Source of the DNA: Octopus vulgaris
Lineage: Eukaryota
Direction of reading: 5' to 3'
DNA length: 64,000 nt
Assembly (NCBI GenBank): GCA_951406725.2
Contig: OX597827.1
Span: 59,334,001-59,398,000 of the forward strand
Part shown: positions 57,028 through 64,000 of the stretch, one piece after another
Layout: each line of letters starts with the position of its first letter
How positions within the stretch are numbered: the stretch's first letter is position 1
Notes under the pieces: generated by a model
What the model saw: the letters and a program-made list of their open reading frames with translations, nothing else
What the model was told of the DNA's origin: nothing
Databases searched by the model: none
Program-made: the position numbers and the translations under genes

Positions 57028-57470
57028 TATGTATGTATATATGTATGTATGTTATGTATTTATGCATGTATGTATGTATGCATGTATATGTGTGTGTATG
57101 TATGTTATGTATGTATGTATGTATGTATGTTTGTATGTATGTGTGTATGCATGTATATATGTATGTGTGTATGCATGTATATATGTATGTATGCATGGAT
57201 GTATGTTATGTATGTATGCTTGTATGTATATATGTTATGTATGTATATTATGTATTTATGCATGTATATATGTATGCATGCATGCATGTATGTATGCATG
57301 TATATGTGTGTATGTATGCATGTGTATGTATGCATGTGTATGTGTGTATGTATGTATGTAATGTATGCGTGTATGCATGCATATATGTATGTAAGCATGT
57401 ATGTATGTTATGTATGTATGCTCGTATGTATGTATATATGATATGTATGTATGTTATATATGTATGAATG
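57028..57470. repeat. Degenerate (TATG)n tract
   Basis: Direct reading. Confidence 0.9.
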
Positions 57471-57676
57471 TGAGTTTGCGTCTGGAATGCGTATGTGTGT
57501 ATGTATATATGTATGTATGTATGTATATAGATAGAAGAGGAGAAATAGCATAACTGTACTCTGTATGAGTATGTGTGTATGTGTGTATATGTTTGCATGG
57601 TTGTGTGATAGGGGTGTATTGAATAGGAGAGAAGAGATTAATAGGGAGAGAAAGAATATACGCGTATATGCATGTG

Positions 57677-57707
<31 letters not shown>

Positions 57708-57803
57708 TTGTGTGTGTCTGTTTGTGTGTGTGTCTGTGTATGCGTGTATGTATATGTATGTATATATACACATACACACACATATATATACACGCACATA
57801 TTC

Positions 57804-57836
<33 letters not shown>

Positions 57837-58156
57837 CACACATATGTATGCATATAAATACACACACAAACATACATATACATATATACATATATAACAT
57901 GCATACATATGTTAATGCATATGTAAATACATATGTACATGTATAACACACATACATACATATGTACTTACATAAATGTGTACATACATATGTATATATC
58001 ATACGTATATACATAGGAACACACACACACGCACACACATACATATATATATATTCATACAGATACATGTATGTATATTCAGAAATGCATATGAAAACAG
58101 ACTATCTGCAGACTCCCCTACCACACACAAACATGCGTTTTGTAAATTTTACTTAC

Positions 58157-58231
58157 AAGATTTCTAAGCCTGGCAAGCGTCTCAGAATACTTGTGGTATC
58201 AATCCTTATGATTTCATTGTCAGCAAGGTTT
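58157..58231 (-). CDS. slit: Slit exon: D3 LRR1
   Basis: tttag|...|gtaagt; 75 nt, phase 2-2; NLADNEIIRIDTTSILRRLPGLEIL. Confidence 0.92.
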
Positions 58232-58376
58232 CTAAACACAAAATATAATATAATATAATACAATATAATATAATATACAAACATATACCTACACACATAT
58301 GCGCACATATATGTATATGTATATATACACATACGTATATCAACGTATGATATATACATATGCATGTGTGTATGTA

Positions 58377-58419
<43 letters not shown>

Positions 58420-58666
58420 GCACACATACACAAACACGCACGCGCATACATCTGTGCACACACGCCCACGCACATTATCATCTCCATTGTTTAAGCTCTA
58501 TCTATTTCTTGCTTGCATGGGAGTCACATGAAATATTGTTATGGCAGATTATTTTATCTTTGGATGCCTTTCCTGTTGCCAACCTTTAGCCGTTTTCAAA
58601 TAAAGATGATATTTCCACATGGACAGATATGGTTTTCTCAATGATGCTGGTTTGCAACCTCCATTG

Positions 58667-58699
<33 letters not shown>

Positions 58700-59110
58700 C
58701 TTTCATGCACACACACATACATGTATGTATATGTATGTGTATGTGTGTATAATTTGTCCTTAGTTGGAAGACACCTGTTGTTATGTCCTGTTATTATTAT
58801 TTTTATTGTATTTGTGTAAATTTCTCCGTTTTTTTCCGTCCTTGTTTTCGTATACATTCGCTGCTTTCTTCCCAGGAATCTAATGGTCTTAGCTTTATTT
58901 TTTCCTTGGGGCAGGCCAGATTGGAGCAATCACGAGTATAATGAGCCGAAATTGCGAAGATAATCTGGTACTCAACTGAGGAAAGAAAACACCGAATGAC
59001 CTGTCCTTGTTTTCTTTGTATTGTCTATCTGGATGTTTTGTTGTCCCATTTTTGTATCACCTAATTGTCGGGATGTTTTGCATTCTTGTCCCATTTTGTA
59101 TTTTTTATAT

Positions 59111-59156
<46 letters not shown>

Positions 59157-59639
59157 ACATATATATATGAGGGGTACTGAAAAGTTCCTAGCTTTAAGGG
59201 ATATTGCGAAAGGCTTGGCTGGAGACCCAACCTTCAGAGTTCTTTTACAGGGCTTAGAGAAACTTAAGGGTTGCTGCAATAAGTGTGTGGATCCGAGAGG
59301 GGAATAAGTTGAATAAAATCATAACTGATCTTCCTGTATTTTCTTTTACCCAAAGCCAGGAACTCTTCAACACTCCATTGTATTCTTTTACTCTTTTACT
59401 CTTTTACTTCTTTCAGTCATTTGACTGCAGCCATGCTGGAGCACCGCCTTTAGTCGAAGAAATCGACCCTAGGACTTATTCTTTGTAAGCCTAGTACTTA
59501 TTCTATCGGTCTTTTTTATCGAACCGCTAGATGACGGTGACGTAAACACAGCAGCATCGGTTGTCAAGTGATGTTGAGACACACACACACACACACACAT
59601 ACATACATACATACATACATACATACATACATACATACA

Positions 59640-59675
<36 letters not shown>

Positions 59676-60513
59676 TATACATACATATATATGACGGGCT
59701 TCTTTCAGTTTTTGTCTACCAAATCCACTCACAAGGCTTTGGTCGGCTTGAAGCTATAGTAGAAGACACCTGCCCAAGGTGCCACGCAGTGGGACTGAAC
59801 CCAGAACAATGTGGTTGGGAAGCAAGCTACTTACCACACAGCCACCCCTGCGCCTGTATATATTTATATGTATTTATATATTGGTCATTCGTGTTTGATT
59901 GTGAGTCTTGTCCTCACACGGTGGTTGTTAAGTGAGGGGGTGTATCCAAGTGGCTGAAGTATTCAGCTCAAGATCATGAGGTTGTCAGTTCAATACTCAG
60001 TAGTGCATTGTGTTCTTGAGCAAGACACTCTATTTCACATTGCTCTAAGTCCTCTTTGCAAACAAAAATAAGTTGTACCTGTAATTCAAAAGGCTAGCCT
60101 TGTCACATTCTGTGATAAGCTCAATTCCCCCGAGACTATATTAAGGGTATGCCTGTCTGTGGAGTGCTCAGCCACTTGCACATTAATTCCACAAGCAGCC
60201 CCTTCTGTTGATCGAATTAACTGGAGCCGTTGTTGTTGTAACCAACGGAGTGTCAGTTGGTGGCTGTTAACTAGCATCACCATCATACAAGTGTTGTCAG
60301 TCATTTCCAAGCTACCGTGAAAAACACGTCTGGCTATGGAGAAACATTACCTCCCTTGGAAACAGGTGAGGGTTGGCGACAGGGAGAGCACCCCTCTGTA
60401 GAAAATCTTCCCTAATAAATTTCATCTGATCCATGCAAGCACAAGAAAGAAGGTGGACTTTAAAATAACGATTTTACATATACAGACATACATAAGATAA
60501 AATGATTACTCAC

Positions 60514-60664
60514 AGATGTGTGGTATAGTCTGGCAAAGTATCAGGAAGTTTGCTTAATCTGCGACCTGAGCAATCGACTGTAGTTCCTGAGCAATCACAG
60601 TCAGAGGGACACTGGGAGACAATTGCACATATACCAGCATTCCTTGTACGTTGTTGCTCTGATC
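60514..60664 (-). CDS. slit: Slit exon: D2-D3 linker and LRRNT of D3
   Basis: ttgcag|...|gtgagt; 151 nt; GSEQQRTRNAGICAIVSQCPSDCDCSGTTVDCSGRRLSKLPDTLPDYTTHL. Confidence 0.93.
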
Positions 60665-60798
60665 CTGCAATAAATATATTTATTTATAATAATGGCTTAA
60701 ACTGTTGTTCCTGTATTTATCTGAGTCATTGGGCTGCATCTAGGCTGGTGTACCATTTTTAACCCTTTAGCATTTTAACTGACCATACCTGGCACAAA

Positions 60799-61370
60799 TC
60801 TATTATATAAAATCTGTTCTGTGTGTGTGTGTGTCTTCTAGGATCTCGGGCATCCTCCATCCGATTGCGCTCAAATTTGATATGTAGATACCGACGGTAT
60901 CAGGGCGTGTATAAGTCTTGAAAAAAATTACAAAATTCATATCCAGGTGAGAATGCGATCGATAAAGCCGTGGGAACGTGCATTTGTACACACAAGTACA
61001 TCAGCTGTTGCGATCGATACTACGCGTACGCGAGAAAAATGCACGAGCAGTTTGCGCAAAAAAAGCCAGCTGGCCTGAAATAATGCCACAAAATGCAGTA
61101 TATTTAAGAGACCAAAAAATGTAAGATGCAAAAGAGATATTTTCTTCAAACTTGGCATGAAGGAAGGAAAGACTATTTGGTTTCTTTGGAATAGAAAAAA
61201 AAGTCTATTTTTATTTCTTCTTTTGCTGGTGTCTCAAGTTTAGGTTAAATCAGTGTTTCTCAGAGGGGAGGGCTATGGGACGATCGGACAAGTTGTTTTG
61301 AGAAAATTTGGTTTAAATGTTTGACAACTCAGCATCGTCTATTGGATGGGAGGGGGGCGTTTTGCTCGTA
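60799..61370 (+). mobile_element. Probable Helitron-like insertion nested in a TTAA MITE
   Basis: Starts TCTATTATATAAAA followed by (TG)n and CCGATT...AAATTTGA, like the 5' end of the 32.3-kb element; interrupts the MITE; 3' end unclear. Confidence 0.45.
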
Positions 61371-61773
61371 TTCTTATGTTCAAACTAACCAGATTCGGCC
61401 TTTTGCTCCTACCCTACAATGTCATTCTAAAAATAAAACAATTGCGTTATTGTACTCTTGAAACTGTGAGATACTGTGCATGATTAATTCAAAACAATGT
61501 GAATAAATAAGCATTATATTTGACAGAATAATCTGAATGCTAAAGGGATATCTTTTATCTTTTACTTGTTTCAGTCATTAGACTGTGGTCATTCTGGAGC
61601 ATTAGCTCGAAGAGTTTTTAGTAAAATGAAATGACCCAAGTACCTTTTTGTTTTTAAGCCTGGTGTTTCCTCTATCATCTCTTTAGTCGAACTGATAAAC
61701 TACGGGTTGTCAAGCAGTTATCAACACTGGTTGTCAAGCGATGGTGGGGGACAAACACAAAAGCAAGGAAGCG

Positions 61774-61846
<73 letters not shown>

Positions 61847-62996
61847 TAACTTCCTTTTCAGTTTCTTATTTCTTTATTGCCCACAATGGGCTAAACATAG
61901 AGGGGACAAACAAGGACAGACATAGGGATTAACTCGATTACATCGACTCCAGTGCGTAACTGGTACTTATTTAATCGACCCCGAAAGGATGAAAGGCAAA
62001 GTTGACCTCGGCGGAACTTGAACTCAGAACGTAGCGGCAGACGAAATACCTATTTCTTTATTGCCCACAAGGGGCTAAACACAGAGAGGACAAACAAGGA
62101 CAGACAAACGGATTACGTCGATTATATCGACCCCAGTGTGTAACTGATACTTATTTAATCGACCCCGAAAGGATGAAAGGCAAAGTCGACCTCGGCAGAA
62201 TTTGAACTCAGAACGTAGCGGCAGACGAAATACCGATACGCATTTCGCCCGGTGTGCTAACCTTTCTGCCAGCTCACCGCCTTAAAAACTTCCTTTTCAG
62301 TTTTTGTCTACCAGATTCACTCACGAGGCTTTGTTTGGCCTGAGGCTACAGTAGAAGACATTTGCCCAAAGTGTTTTGCAATGTGACTGAACCTGGATGC
62401 ATGTGGTTGAGATATATAGATATATGAATACCATGACTGAGTGGTTGAGAAGCTTGCTTTGCAACCATGAAGTCTTGGCTTCAGTCCCACTGCATAGCAC
62501 CTTGGGCAAGTCTTCAATTATTGTTCTAGGTCAATCAGTGACTTGTGGGTGAATTTGATAGATGGAAACTGTATGGAAGACCATTATATATATATGCATA
62601 GCACGGAATTTTGTCAGTGAACTGATCACGGTCGCAAAGCAACAAAAATATTTTGACAAATTAAATTTAAATGTTGAAGTGAATCTAACAGTTTTTGTGT
62701 GTTTTTAAATGGCTTATAAACACCTTCCATGCTGCAGTTCTATATATATGTATATATTTATTTATTTATCTATATGACATGCTTAACATAAGTATATTGT
62801 TGTGTGTGTATGTATATATATATATATATATGCATATCACCAAATTTTGTATCTTTTCGTTTGTCTTGCTCACATTACGTTTGCCGAAATTTCTTGAGAA
62901 CAATGTTTCTTAGTGGTCAGACTATATGGGGTCATCCTCTAGCATATTAGGAATCCACCTAGTGATCATTCCTCTTATTTGTATGTTATGTATGCA

Positions 62997-63183
<187 letters not shown>

Positions 63184-63235
63184 GTATATCTTTATCAATC
63201 TTTCTCTTTCTCTCCCTCTCTCTCTATATCTATCT

Positions 63236-63310
<75 letters not shown>

Positions 63311-63629
63311 ATACATATATATATATATGTATATAGACATGTGTGTGAAACTTTGTGTTTGTGTTTGTAACTCCACAGCTTGAAAGCTAGTGTTGGTTAG
63401 TTCATGTCTATCAGCAGTTTTGGCCAAAGACAACCAATAGAATAAGCAGCAACCTTTATAAAATGAAAATCTGGGTCAATTTGTTTGCGTTAACCCTCGA
63501 AGGTGGCGCTCCAGCATGGCCACAGTAACTGAATGTAGTAACAGATAAAAACGAAGCAGTAAACCTCGAACTGTTTAAAACGAAGCAAATGAAACAAGAA
63601 AAGGAAAGAGAAAATCAGAGACTACCAAC

Positions 63630-63793
63630 CTTTGCACTTGAACTTGCTTCCTCTGATATTGCCTATCTTCTTCCTGCGCATGCGCCGTGGGCTTTCACAG
63701 CGAGCACCACTGGTCTCCACTGGATAATTGTGCAGATATTCAGACAACCAGCGCAGGTTGCAGTCACAGATGAATGGATTGCGAGCTAGATGC
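63630..63793 (-). CDS. slit: Slit exon: LRRCT cap of LRR domain 2
   Basis: ctcag|...|gttggt; 164 nt; [54 protein letters not shown]. Confidence 0.93.
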
Positions 63794-64000
63794 CTGAGAG
63801 ATTAGCAATGGTTAATGGTGGTGTAATGATATTTAGCTTAAAAAGTGAGAGACAAGAATAGAGAAGAAATAAGACCAGAATAATACATATGTACACCTCG
63901 ATTACATCGACCCCAGTGCGTAACTGGTACTTATTTAATCGACCCCGAAAGGATGAAAGGCAAAGCCGACCTCGGCGGAATTTGAACTCAGAACGTAACG

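Overview
AT-rich, microsatellite-dense animal genomic DNA. The SINE repertoire and composition suggest an octopus or other coleoid cephalopod (inference). The window holds the 3' two-thirds of a Slit axon-guidance gene on the minus strand. I read 22 coding exons by hand, all with GT-AG junctions and consistent phases (3193 nt, ending in TGA at 7729-7731): LRRCT of D2, LRR domains D3 and D4, EGF1-6, laminin-G, two further EGF modules and a C-terminal cystine knot. The 5' part lies beyond position 64000. Introns are filled with tRNA-derived SINEs, RTE-like and R4/Dong-like retrotransposon fragments, Penelope-like elements (PLEs), Tc1/mariner and TTAA MITEs, and Helitron pieces. Nearly all ORF-track entries are microsatellite artefacts. 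The most unusual signal is a recurring set of small non-coding fold-back elements, mostly in (TA)n tracts, carrying minimal hammerhead ribozyme (HHR) motifs with canonical and non-canonical cores. Also notable are a tRNA-headed element with an HHR tail, a 1.6-kb near-perfect fold-back, and an apparently duplicated symmetric EGF exon. No database search or folding computation was run; repeat boundaries are approximate.
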